Shown here piece by piece: positions 28,762 to 38,473 of a stretch of DNA of 64,000 nucleotides. How positions within the stretch are numbered: position 1 is the stretch's first letter; every line of letters starts with the position of its first letter. A program made the translations under genes and the position numbers. The notes under the pieces are model-generated. The model saw only the letters and a list, made by a program, of their open reading frames with translations. It did not search any database and was not told the origin of the DNA. Source of the DNA: Pseudomonas phage vB_PaePAO1-KEN19; the sequence record PP456878.1. The stretch is one strand, 5' to 3'.

Positions 28762-30665
28762 TTATAGGTATTAATAAACTTCTCTAGCAGGGTGTCCATT
28801 TTAGGAGCACCCATGATCTTCTGTGTGATTTCAATAGCATTAACCCTACCACCTGTTAAGTTTACGCCAACTTCACGGCGATGGTGTTCACTAATTCCTT
28901 CCATCATTGAGAATTCCATCACACATGTTTCACGTGCAATATTTAGAATCTGACTAACGTTAGGATATGTCGACACGATGTCAAGGTCGGCGATATGACA
29001 GAAGATTAAGGTTTTATAATTCGGTAAATCTTTAACACACTGCAATCCATTTGGACCTGCCATGTATGATGGTAGTGTAACAATCCAATCATTATGGCCA
29101 ATAACATATTGATCAAGTTCATGCACCATCTGATCTGAACTTGAACCAATGACACATGGCTCTGGTCTATTCAAATACCAGAAGTGCATATCGTCACATA
29201 GTCGTTTTGGGTTAGAACTAAAGTTCTTATAGTCAGATGCCTTAGAGAATAGACTTATAGAGCGACCAAGGTCATTTACTTGTTCATCAAGTTGTTCTAG
29301 TCGAATGGAGTCGATGATGTTATAAAGACCATATTTGATTTTATGCTTAGTCTGCATCTCACGGTGCCAATCGATACCACCAAGATGTGCAGTTTCTTTA
29401 AAGGTTAACTTACCAAATTCCATTACATATCTAATAGAATCACCATAGGTAAAGTTATCATTTAATATAAAATCATCCACCGGTACCCATTCATTACTAC
29501 CTACATTTTTAATATATTTAGTAATAACGCCGCCTGGTCGGTCAACTAGTTGTTTATTAAAACCTTCAATAAAATCTTCTAAGTCCTTATCATTTTTAAT
29601 GGTCGTGGATTTATCGATGTTTAGTTCTTTTCTAAGAATAGACTCTAACCGATAGTTAGGATCACGTCCTTTAGCTAATCGAGTTACTCGATAAGTTGAC
29701 ATAGAATCGATACATTGAAAACTAGAGGGTGCTGTAATCCAATGCCATTGATCCTCCGGTCCTTTAGATTTAGTGACCCCAGATGCAGTGGTGGTCATAG
29801 GTTCATCAATCTTAAAATGGAAATACCTATAATTCTTAGGTACCGATGGATCAGAAAAAACATCAGCTGGATTAACACCATAGTGTTCTAATGTTTTTAA
29901 GATTCTACCAATGTCGAAGCTAATATTCCAGAATGCGAAGAAATCTGGTTTCCAGGTATGTAGTCGTTTAAAACATTCAATAATAATATCTACTGGTGTT
30001 TCAACAACCATTACTTCAATATCTAGACCACGTTCTTTAATTAGATGCGATAGCACCTCTTCTTTTTGTGCTTGTTCTAATGTCTCTTTCACTGGATCTT
30101 CAATATCACTAACCCATCGTTTTAAATAGGCTAAGAAAGCTTTGTTCTTATGTGTAACTGACATACAGATAATCTGACCATCGTTCTCAGCTTCATAAAC
30201 GTTGGTTTCGATGTCACCGCCAGCAACAGTGTTTAGAGAGATTAGACCAGGATAACGTTCTTGATAATCATGCTTCAGATAACAGGTTGAACTAACATCA
30301 CTGCCATATAGGTAAGGACTACGCGCTAGTTGACGAAGAGATCTAGCCGAATAGTCACCTAGGATTTTACTAATCTTACGTTTCATGTCAATTTGAGTTG
30401 ACATGTATTTAACTAAGTTACGCTCATATTCGTAATCTTTCTTTTCTTTATGGTTACGCATTCCTTTTGAGGTAATCCAAAAAGGACGCTGGTAGTTTTC
30501 CCACATCCTTAAATTATTTGCAGTTGTACCATCTTCAAAATGAATTCGTTCTTTAACGAAATGCGCATCTGTAAACTTACCAAATTGATCAGTACAATAA
30601 GTAATATGTTTGGCTTCAATGCCCTTAATCTTTTTCTTATTTGTAACCTGTTGTTCATTAGACAT
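28749..30665 (-). CDS. family-B DNA polymerase N-terminal fragment (3'-5' exonuclease domain plus motif A), 638 aa
   Basis: Exo I GGDIETN, Exo II FWNISFDIGRIL, Exo III YGLYNIIDS, motif A IADLDIVSTYPN. Motifs B (KxxxNSxYG) and C (YGDTDS) are absent, so the polymerase appears split or truncated. Confidence 0.7.
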   Translation of the reverse strand: MSNEQQVTNKKKIKGIEAKHITYCTDQFGKFTDAHFVKERIHFEDGTTANNLRMWENYQRPFWITSKGMRNHKEKKDYEYERNLVKYMSTQIDMKRKISKILGDYSARSLRQLARSPYLYGSDVSSTCYLKHDYQERYPGLISLNTVAGGDIETNVYEAENDGQIICMSVTHKNKAFLAYLKRWVSDIEDPVKETLEQAQKEEVLSHLIKERGLDIEVMVVETPVDIIIECFKRLHTWKPDFFAFWNISFDIGRILKTLEHYGVNPADVFSDPSVPKNYRYFHFKIDEPMTTTASGVTKSKGPEDQWHWITAPSSFQCIDSMSTYRVTRLAKGRDPNYRLESILRKELNIDKSTTIKNDKDLEDFIEGFNKQLVDRPGGVITKYIKNVGSNEWVPVDDFILNDNFTYGDSIRYVMEFGKLTFKETAHLGGIDWHREMQTKHKIKYGLYNIIDSIRLEQLDEQVNDLGRSISLFSKASDYKNFSSNPKRLCDDMHFWYLNRPEPCVIGSSSDQMVHELDQYVIGHNDWIVTLPSYMAGPNGLQCVKDLPNYKTLIFCHIADLDIVSTYPNVSQILNIARETCVMEFSMMEGISEHHRREVGVNLTGGRVNAIEITQKIMGAPKMDTLLEKFINTYKNPK

Positions 30666-30740
30666 TGCTATAACCTCAGCACATATTGATATTTATCTAC
30701 GTACTATATTAGTGTCTAGTAAAAGTAATAATCAGCATAA

Positions 30741-30758
30741 AGCCTCCCCTAGGGGAGG
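30741..30758. terminator. hairpin GCCTCCCCTAGGGGAGGC with CATAAA / AATATG flanks
   Basis: Perfect palindrome between 30767..32293 and the polymerase gene. Confidence 0.55.
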
Positions 30759-30766
30759 CAATATGT

Positions 30767-32293
30767 TTACATACCAGCTTTCTGCCGGAAGAAGTGTAGA
30801 ACGAGTTGCCGTTTACCTTCAGGGATGAAACGTGCAAGATAGTTGATATCTACCTGATAAAGCGCATCTGATACATCACTAGTAAATAGGCAGAATAGAG
30901 TAAGAAGATTAATGTGTGCTTCTTGACGGTTATTCTGAGTAGGTAGAGTAGCAACAAAGCGAAGTGCGTTAGATTCACTAAATAGAGTATTACGATTTTT
31001 CTTAACGAAATCAAAGATAATATCCATGCCTGATTTAAAGCCTTCAATATCTTCGATTGTCATTACGTAGTTGAATACATCATCTAGTTTCTTTTGTGCA
31101 TCGCCACCACGTTCGATAGTGATATAGTCACCAGGTTTAGCACCAGTGGCAAACTGCTCTAGACGAGATTCGATAAATACTTGGTTCATTTTGGTCATAC
31201 CTTTACGAAGTACAGGTTCATTAGATGTTGATTCACTATTCAAGATTTTAACTTCCCCGGTTGGTTTAATATCATCTTTACCAGAGAATACTTTCCATTG
31301 TTCAACAATAGTTTCAATATCTTGACTAGTGGTAGGTAAGAATAAGCGATCGCGTAACTCAATAGCAATTTTAAAATCTTTTATCAGATTACTATTTTTA
31401 ATAAGTCCTTCAGCCCAGTCTTCAAGCTCTGCTGTCGTCCAATCGGTAGGTGGAGCATTATCACGAATAACACTATTAACCCAACTACCACGTAGTGTTT
31501 TTGGTGGAGTAATACCTTGTTTAACAAAATCAACCACTTCTTGGGTAGACCAATCTAGTGGAATATCACTAGTGTGAATACGCAGTTGCTTGACTAATTC
31601 TTCAAGCTTGATACTGTCTTCAGTATTGCGAATATCTTGTTTCAGTGTATCTTCATTAACTACCGGTACAATTACTTCCTCAGTAGTCTCATTCTCTTTA
31701 GCCCGTTTAGTTAAAATATCATCAGCAATATCGGCGATATCATTAACTACACCAGTTAGACGATGGTTAGCAGCATCGATTAGTTCATCATCTGACCATT
31801 CATCATAAGGACGATATTTACGGGTTGGGTCAAATACAAAGTTGCCGAGTTCAGTTTTACCTTTAGCAGGACCACCTACAGATTCCCAAGCAGCAATGTC
31901 TTCATTGGTCCAGGATTCTGGGATATTGTAAGTAGTACGAATGCCTTCCCAATTAGGTTCGCCGTAAACAGCGCCTTCTGCAAGAGGAGTAGGTTCAGTT
32001 ACTGACACATCGTCTTCCTGCCGAACAACATATTCTTTCTGGCCGTCTGTATTAGTGGCAAAGACGAAATTGCCGATGCTGGAGAGCCGTGGATCAAAAG
32101 CTGGTGCCGACAGACTTACGGTAGTCTTTTGGATGTCAGTTTGGGATACGTTACCATGCACCACTTCTTCTTTCTCAGTGGTCTCTACAACGGGTTCTTC
32201 TTTCGGAAGGTAGCCCACTTCGTCATATACTGCGATTTGCGGAGTCATACCACGTTCAGCACGACGGTTCAGATCAAAACGTTTCTTAGCCAT
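30767..32293 (-). CDS. hypothetical protein (508 aa)
   Basis: ORF track. Preceded by hairpin 30741-30758 on its downstream side. Confidence 0.5.
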   Translation of the reverse strand: MAKKRFDLNRRAERGMTPQIAVYDEVGYLPKEEPVVETTEKEEVVHGNVSQTDIQKTTVSLSAPAFDPRLSSIGNFVFATNTDGQKEYVVRQEDDVSVTEPTPLAEGAVYGEPNWEGIRTTYNIPESWTNEDIAAWESVGGPAKGKTELGNFVFDPTRKYRPYDEWSDDELIDAANHRLTGVVNDIADIADDILTKRAKENETTEEVIVPVVNEDTLKQDIRNTEDSIKLEELVKQLRIHTSDIPLDWSTQEVVDFVKQGITPPKTLRGSWVNSVIRDNAPPTDWTTAELEDWAEGLIKNSNLIKDFKIAIELRDRLFLPTTSQDIETIVEQWKVFSGKDDIKPTGEVKILNSESTSNEPVLRKGMTKMNQVFIESRLEQFATGAKPGDYITIERGGDAQKKLDDVFNYVMTIEDIEGFKSGMDIIFDFVKKNRNTLFSESNALRFVATLPTQNNRQEAHINLLTLFCLFTSDVSDALYQVDINYLARFIPEGKRQLVLHFFRQKAGM

Positions 32294-32358
32294 TTAATAG
32301 TTCCTTCGATTGATTATAACCTAAATAATGGAGAAGCTGAGTAACTTCTCCATCTATT

Positions 32359-33717
32359 TTAACTGATGCGATCGCGATAAGACCATTTAACAGTCTTAAG
32401 AACAGCACTGTGCATTTTAGACATGAAGATGGATAGGAATCGACCACCTACACCTGCTGCCGCTGCCGGTATGCCATTGGGGTTCTCTGACATTTGTTTA
32501 CCCATACAGACAGCGCATACGTTCTTACCTCTACCTATTACACCATTAGCTGGATCACCACCGGCCTTACATGTCATTGGACCACGTAGTTCAATCTCAG
32601 TGCCAACTAGTTCATCAATATTAGTTTCTTCAATAAGGATAGATTTCCCATTCTTAACATAAGACAAGCCAATGAAATCTTTCTTATTAAATTGATGAAC
32701 AGTGGTTGGAATACCTATCCATGTGTTGCAGTCTTCCATAATAATCCTGACTGTACCAACCATTCGATAAATCGTTTTAGTTGACTCACCGCCAAGGGCT
32801 GTTTGTGCACCACGGTTATATGAGCCATAACGTAATGAGTTATTCATTACTGGCATATGGTCAGTGTCAATGCCTTCTTCCAATGATTTACCGATATATT
32901 CAACCGATGTACCATCTTGGAATGGTGCTTCCCCACCAAACATACCAAATACTTTCTTACGCACGCCACCAAATAATTTACTATGTTTAGTGTCATAGAA
33001 CTCATAAGAAGGATCGTCTTTTAGATAGTCCTCATCTAGCTTGATTAACGCATTACCCATTTCTGCAATAACAGCCGGATCATCTAACCGATCTTTATAT
33101 TTCTCTTCTAGTTCTTTACGTAACTTATCTCTGTCTGGTGCAGAGGTCATTGATTTCTCAGTAATGGATGTTACCAAGGTACTAGCATATGCTGGCAATG
33201 CTAAACAATGATCTGCAAACATCCGATATTGCCATACATATAGCTTACCATCAGTTGCACGCGGTGGATTATCATCATCAATTGGATCATCGATCATGCG
33301 GTTAAGAATTTCTTTCTCAACTTTACCAATATCGAAATAACCAGATTGGAATGGGAACAGATCACCGAAAGGTAAACATAATACTAAATGGTTAACAAAA
33401 ACGTTACCATAAGTTGTTCTTAATGCACCTGGTCCTTTATAGTTTTCAATTTCACCAGGTTGTAAAATGAATTCATCTCGAAATGCTAATGGTTGTTTAC
33501 CTTCAATATAATCGTCGATATAAACAACTTCATCATTAGAATCGCCTTCTTTATAGAAGAACATTTTACCATCTTTGAAATATGGCTTGTATAGATATTC
33601 ACCACCATCATTTGGGTTATAAACGATATTAAATAAAACGTTAACCCATGCTCGTTTCTTATCTAATCCAGCATTGATACCCATTAGAAAATAATCACGT
33701 AATTTCATTAGTATCAC
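32359..33717 (-). CDS. hypothetical protein (452 aa)
   Basis: ORF track. A Cys cluster near the C-terminus (CKAGGD...CAVCMGK). Confidence 0.5.
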   Translation of the reverse strand: MILMKLRDYFLMGINAGLDKKRAWVNVLFNIVYNPNDGGEYLYKPYFKDGKMFFYKEGDSNDEVVYIDDYIEGKQPLAFRDEFILQPGEIENYKGPGALRTTYGNVFVNHLVLCLPFGDLFPFQSGYFDIGKVEKEILNRMIDDPIDDDNPPRATDGKLYVWQYRMFADHCLALPAYASTLVTSITEKSMTSAPDRDKLRKELEEKYKDRLDDPAVIAEMGNALIKLDEDYLKDDPSYEFYDTKHSKLFGGVRKKVFGMFGGEAPFQDGTSVEYIGKSLEEGIDTDHMPVMNNSLRYGSYNRGAQTALGGESTKTIYRMVGTVRIIMEDCNTWIGIPTTVHQFNKKDFIGLSYVKNGKSILIEETNIDELVGTEIELRGPMTCKAGGDPANGVIGRGKNVCAVCMGKQMSENPNGIPAAAAGVGGRFLSIFMSKMHSAVLKTVKWSYRDRIS

Positions 33718-34585
33718 CTATGCTATTTAAAATCTTTTTAGCTTCATTTTCCATAATAGATCGTTCAATATTGTTAGATGTGAAATCATCTATAATACTC
33801 ATTACCGTTCTACTAATTTCATTCTGTTCAGTATTTGAAATTAATACCAATCCGACAATTTCTTTAGCAACTTCAATAGGTGTCATAGCATCTAATGGGC
33901 CAAATGAAATTTGTAATAGGTCATCAATATTCCTTTTACCAACACGTAATCCCGCATTAACTAGTTCCATAGCTAACTTAAATGATGCGCGCGTATGAAT
34001 ACGAATAAGGCGATTAATTAAATTAATCCGTTCGACATTACTTACATTTCCATATGCTTGACCACGGGTAGTAAGTACTGACTGAATAAATGATGTAATA
34101 TTACTAATAAGTGTTGGTGATACACTTTCAATTAAGTCAATGATATTTAAGAAATCTACACTTGTATCGATAAGTTCTACCAGATGTGCTAACGTCTCTT
34201 CGGGTGAATATTCGGCTAACAGAATATCATTCACTTCATCTGGAATAATGTAATCTTCTAAACTAAGGAGTGTATTAACAACAGCTTGCCGTTCAGCCTG
34301 AGTTGCTTCATCACTAATTTTAATAAGATGTTCATTTAGAATTTCATCTTGTGCAATGCGAATGATATCATCAATGCGAGAAAGAAGCATTGCATTATCT
34401 GAGATACCTGATTGAATCTGACATACTGTATTTAGTTCATCTAGAGCTGCAACATAATTGATCTTTTCAAAAGATGCTACACAGTCTAGGATAACTTCTT
34501 TACGCTCTTCATGTATAAGAGGCGTAAGATAACTATCAATGAAATCTTTCATGACGATATCCTTTTTATACGGAATTATTAACAT
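33695..34585 (-). CDS. hypothetical protein (296 aa)
   Basis: ORF track; 23-nt overlap with the downstream gene. Confidence 0.5.
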   Translation of the reverse strand: MLIIPYKKDIVMKDFIDSYLTPLIHEERKEVILDCVASFEKINYVAALDELNTVCQIQSGISDNAMLLSRIDDIIRIAQDEILNEHLIKISDEATQAERQAVVNTLLSLEDYIIPDEVNDILLAEYSPEETLAHLVELIDTSVDFLNIIDLIESVSPTLISNITSFIQSVLTTRGQAYGNVSNVERINLINRLIRIHTRASFKLAMELVNAGLRVGKRNIDDLLQISFGPLDAMTPIEVAKEIVGLVLISNTEQNEISRTVMSIIDDFTSNNIERSIMENEAKKILNSIGDTNEIT

Positions 34586-34722
34586 AGGGTTGGACAGATA
34601 GTTATTCTTTAATATAGTGTAAAATTACCAAATGTGTTAAATATATGTTGAACTAATCATTTTTTCATTTGTCAATTTATATTGGCAAATATTAAATTAA
34701 GCCTCTATCGGAGTATAACAAG

Positions 34723-35217
34723 ATGTCAAATAAAGCTAAAGAACCAACTCTAACTAAAGAACAGGAAAAGACTCTACGTCTATTTGAACGTGCAGTTGGA
34801 GCATCAGCTGCCGCAGCTGATCATATTCTTAACCGCGATGGTTGGGATGTTGTCAATGTACTAGCAGGTTCTGTAGGTAAGCGTATTCTACAAACTGAAG
34901 TATTCATTAATCCAGTTATTAATAAGATCAATGAAATCATTCCGACGTTATCTGATCCTACTGGATTCCAAAAGAACCTACAAACAGTTATTGCTGACCT
35001 TAATCGACTAACTAAAATTATCAGTGTCCTATATGCACAACATCAAGGTAAGGCTGGTCCAGCAAATAATGAAGATGAACTAAAACTCATCAGTGAACTT
35101 GTTACTAAATACACTGGTATTGAAGGTGCTATTGAACGCGGTATTGATGGTGTAATCCTAGCGATGATCGGCACTCTTCGAGAAGCTGGTTGGGACGAAA
35201 AACTAATTCAACAATAA
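34723..35217 (+). CDS. hypothetical protein (164 aa)
   Basis: ORF track. Confidence 0.5.
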   Translation: MSNKAKEPTLTKEQEKTLRLFERAVGASAAAADHILNRDGWDVVNVLAGSVGKRILQTEVFINPVINKINEIIPTLSDPTGFQKNLQTVIADLNRLTKIISVLYAQHQGKAGPANNEDELKLISELVTKYTGIEGAIERGIDGVILAMIGTLREAGWDEKLIQQ

Positions 35218-35228
35218 TGGAGTTTTAA

Positions 35229-36830
35229 ATGGCTACTGCTGACTTCGATAATGAGTACGATGATACTCCAGAAGAGAATTTACTAGATCAAATTGATGAG
35301 ATCAATGCGCAACACGATCCTGACTCTAGTATTGAAAATAATGACGAGGTGGAAACTCCACCTTTCGTTCCTGATCAAAAAGAAATTAAACTACGTATTC
35401 CACGTAATGCTAAAACTGGAAATATCCGGGATGCTTCTGAACCGGCTATTAAAGATAGTGCTAGCATTCTTACTTTACTACGTGAGAATCCCCAGACTGT
35501 TTATAATTTCCTGGATCACAATAAAGAACTATTTAAAGCATTTGCTGATAATAAAGTAGATGACACTAGTGACGGTGTAAAGTGGACAGCTGCTATTCTG
35601 GAAGGCTTAGCTCACTCTATTGTTGAAGATGCACCAATCGGTGCAACTGCCCGAGAAGGTTCTGAATGGTCTAGTGAAATTCCTTATGGTGAAAAGATCA
35701 TTCGACCTGGCCGACCTGTATTTAATACCAGTGGTCGTAAAATGACCGATGATGAAACTCTAGTTTTCCTAACACGTAAAGCTAACATCGGTACGCCATA
35801 TGATACTTTCCTACCTCATTCAGGTATTTGGGTAAAACTACGTGCACCTACTGGTACTGAAGTAGCTGCCCTACAAGCACGTCTAGCACAATTAAAGATC
35901 CGGCTAGGCGCTGAATCAAAAGGTATGCTGTTCTCAAACATGGCAGCTGTGTTACTTAACATGGTTAGTAATTTAGCACTTGCATGTGTTATTCAATCCA
36001 ACTATAAGTTCAACACTCCAACTGACCTAGAGCATGTTATCTCAGTAGCTGATGAACCATTCTTACATCATGCACTAGCGGCGACTATGTATCCAGATGG
36101 ATTTAATTATAGTTATCCATGCATTGCAGATGCCAATACATGTAACCATATTGAAACAGCGAAACTTAATATGTCAACGCTTGTTCAATATGATCTACTG
36201 GCATTCTCAGAAGAACAAAAGAAATATATTGCACGTAAGTTTAATGCATGTACTGAATCTGATCTTAAGACTTATAAAGAAGGATTCCGTATTGAAACTC
36301 AAGTAACTGAAATGTTTGGTGACGTTGGTGTTGTTCTTGAGATGTGTACAATTGCTGATCGCCGAGAGTCTGGTGATAGTTGGATTAACTCAATTATCGA
36401 TATGACTCAAGGTAGTTTTAATGAACCAGTCGATGGTCCGCAACGTTCTCAGTATATTGCACGTTTACAAAAGATCTCTATTGCCCGTCAGTTCTCACAT
36501 TTTGTTAAAGAAATTAAAGTACGTGAAGATGACGATGGTGAAAGTTCTGAAGACAATATTCGTACTGCAACCACTAATCGTGAAACTATTGAAAAGTTCT
36601 TAACTAATATTCTATCCACACCGGAATATAATGACCGCTTTATTAATGCGGTGAGTAACTTCATTGATTCACAACTAATTGGAATGATTGCAATTACAAG
36701 TTGGAATTGTCCAGTATGTGAGTCACCTGCTGCTACTAAATTTAAAGAACGTTTCCCACACTTAATCCCTATTGACATGCTGTCAACTTTTTTTACTTTG
36801 GCGGCCTCGAAGTCAAACCGGATGGTGTAG
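35229..36830 (+). CDS. hypothetical protein (533 aa); the frame may continue in -1 to 37291
   Basis: ORF track. The T7 run at 36788-36794 sits 12 codons before the stop, and the -1 frame is open from there to 37291. Confidence 0.55.
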   Translation: MATADFDNEYDDTPEENLLDQIDEINAQHDPDSSIENNDEVETPPFVPDQKEIKLRIPRNAKTGNIRDASEPAIKDSASILTLLRENPQTVYNFLDHNKELFKAFADNKVDDTSDGVKWTAAILEGLAHSIVEDAPIGATAREGSEWSSEIPYGEKIIRPGRPVFNTSGRKMTDDETLVFLTRKANIGTPYDTFLPHSGIWVKLRAPTGTEVAALQARLAQLKIRLGAESKGMLFSNMAAVLLNMVSNLALACVIQSNYKFNTPTDLEHVISVADEPFLHHALAATMYPDGFNYSYPCIADANTCNHIETAKLNMSTLVQYDLLAFSEEQKKYIARKFNACTESDLKTYKEGFRIETQVTEMFGDVGVVLEMCTIADRRESGDSWINSIIDMTQGSFNEPVDGPQRSQYIARLQKISIARQFSHFVKEIKVREDDDGESSEDNIRTATTNRETIEKFLTNILSTPEYNDRFINAVSNFIDSQLIGMIAITSWNCPVCESPAATKFKERFPHLIPIDMLSTFFTLAASKSNRMV

Positions 36831-37291
36831 TTAATGATCTGAGATATAGTCGTCTTGAGGCCACTTTCAAGGAAGATAGTGGTCACATCCTACATCCAAA
36901 CTTTGGTTATGATAAGTTAACTGAAGATGATACACACTTAGATAGACTATTATCGACAGTAGGGGCAGTAAGACCGTCTACAGCAGCACGTTTAACAAGA
37001 GAAGCATATCTACTTGATTACGATATCGGTTCACCAGAAAACGGACCCATGTGGTTAAATAAGGTAAATCCTAAAGAGGACTTTATCGAAGGTGGGTTGA
37101 GAAGGAGACTGACTAGAGATTTCTTCAAGTATAAAGTAGGTAGCTTATCTAATATGTCATTAACTGAATTCTTTGAATTAGCTTATTCTGAGGTAGAATA
37201 CATAATTGAATTATGTAGAAATATTACCCATAATGAAGCTGTTAATAACAATAACCAGTTAAATGAATTAAACAAGCCGTTAACTAAATAA
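36795..37291 (+). other. -1-frame continuation of gene 35229..36830 (includes track ORF 37049..37291); frameshift product or gene split at a homopolymer
   Basis: The -1 frame is open for about 165 codons with no ATG until 37049. It ends at a strong terminator hairpin at 37308-37329. Confidence 0.4.
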
Positions 37292-37307
37292 AAAAAATAA
37301 AGACAGG

Positions 37308-37329
37308 CCCCTCTCCATGTGGAGAGGGG
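37308..37329. terminator. strong hairpin CCCCTCTCC-ATGT-GGAGAGGGG followed by TTTATG
   Basis: 9-bp GC-rich stem preceded by an A-rich tract. Confidence 0.6.
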
Positions 37330-37332
37330 TTT

Positions 37333-37536
37333 ATGTCGCCTTACTTACGTGCAAAGCTAGCTACAAGACCTTTGATAGCTAGAGCGACCATCCAGGCCGT
37401 TAACCCCTTCATTGGGCGGATATCAACCCGTTCTTCGATATCCAGATTGCCCTCACTATTGATTACCTCAATTCGTACTTGCATGGTCTACTCCTTATCA
37501 GGGTGGGATATGATATTCAAAAGTCTTTTGATATAA
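37333..37536 (+). CDS. small hypothetical protein (67 aa)
   Basis: ORF track. Its ATG lies in the TTTATG flank of hairpin 37308-37329. Low complexity; uncertain. Confidence 0.25.
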   Translation: MSPYLRAKLATRPLIARATIQAVNPFIGRISTRSSISRLPSLLITSIRTCMVYSLSGWDMIFKSLLI

Positions 37537-37579
37537 AGATGGCATATTACCCCACCAATAAAAGGCGGGGTAATATTTA

Positions 37580-37774
37580 TTAAACCATCAGATATCCTAA
37601 TGGGAATAAAGCAAAGAAGCCATATAAAACAACAAGCAGTGTCTTTTGGCGAACATACCGGGATTTAATACTATCTTTATCTAAGTCAAACTTGACATAA
37701 AGATAAATCTGATAACTTTTATATCCCATACTAGCCACAAGGGCTATTACTATAAGTTGACACAAAAAGACCAT
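37580..37774 (-). CDS. small membrane protein (64 aa, 2 TM)
   Basis: Hydrophobic segments LIVIALVASMGY and LLVVLYGFFALFPLGYLMV. Confidence 0.4.
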   Translation of the reverse strand: MVFLCQLIVIALVASMGYKSYQIYLYVKFDLDKDSIKSRYVRQKTLLVVLYGFFALFPLGYLMV

Positions 37775-37829
37775 AGTGGGATGCTCTTATTATTAGAGAA
37801 CAATGATCAATTGTTCTTACATAGCATGT

Positions 37830-38021
37830 CTATTTAATATGCATGATTATCATATTAAATAACCACAACCCTAACATAAGGGTAAACATACTGCAAATCA
37901 AGCCACTTACAATCATTGCTTTTTGTTTGATTGTTTTAGCAGCAGCAAGAAATATAATTGAAGTTATTAATCCACTAAATGCAATTAATAGTGGTACTAA
38001 AAATAACAATACCCGAGCCAT
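37830..38021 (-). CDS. small membrane protein (63 aa, 2 TM)
   Basis: LLFLVPLLIAFSGLITSIIFLAA and LICSMFTLMLGLWLFNMII. Confidence 0.4.
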   Translation of the reverse strand: MARVLLFLVPLLIAFSGLITSIIFLAAAKTIKQKAMIVSGLICSMFTLMLGLWLFNMIIMHIK

Positions 38022-38033
38022 ATAGACACCTCA

Positions 38034-38306
38034 TCAAAATAGATAAGTTGTACATGTCAGTGAATAGTTAGTCCAGCAACTAACAATAGTACTTACCCAT
38101 ATGGTAACTAATACAATGCTTACGGAGAGAAAAAGCATAGCGTACTGGCATGCACTTTTATTAAAGATATCTTTAAACTCAAGATATGTTTTAATAATAA
38201 ATATCAGCATGCATGTTAGAAGAATATCAACTAAGATCAAAGTACTGACTAGAAGCCATGTTGCACCAAAGATCTGATCAACTGTATACATTATTTCCAC
38301 TCCCAT
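38034..38306 (-). CDS. small membrane protein (90 aa, 2-3 TM)
   Basis: Hydrophobic helices. Early-promoter-like motif 38387-38406 about 80 nt upstream. Confidence 0.45.
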   Translation of the reverse strand: MGVEIMYTVDQIFGATWLLVSTLILVDILLTCMLIFIIKTYLEFKDIFNKSACQYAMLFLSVSIVLVTIWVSTIVSCWTNYSLTCTTYLF

Positions 38307-38386
38307 AGTTTATAAGCTATAACTACAATTGTAATCATAATCAATTTTTTCTTCATTGTAAATACCCTATAGTTTTATCACATTTG

Positions 38387-38406
38387 TGATATACTGTTTA
38401 AAATGC
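38387..38406 (-). promoter_or_regulatory. early-promoter-like element (CATTTTAAACAGTATATCAC)
   Basis: Third copy of the AACAGTATATYAC family; about 80 nt upstream of 38034..38306. Confidence 0.5.
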
Positions 38407-38435
38407 TTTAAATACAAAAAATAAAAAAAGCATAA

Positions 38436-38457
38436 TCCCTCCCAACTAAGGGAGGGA
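38436..38457. terminator. hairpin TCCCTCCC-AACTAA-GGGAGGGA
   Basis: Flanked by AGCATAA / TCATTTATG. Lies between the helicase gene end and the small-membrane-protein promoter. Confidence 0.55.
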
Positions 38458-38473
38458 TCATTTATGCCATTTA

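Noticed and set aside
36488-36886. Minus-strand ORF 36488..36886 (132 aa)
   Set aside because: It lies entirely inside, or overlaps, the plus-strand gene 35229..36830 and its -1 continuation. It has no SD or promoter signals and is likely spurious.
37838-37865. 9-bp inverted repeat TTTAATATG...CATATTAAA as an operator or mobile-element end
   Set aside because: It is a single AT-rich palindrome inside a coding region, which is expected by chance at this AT content. There is no second copy or target-site duplication.
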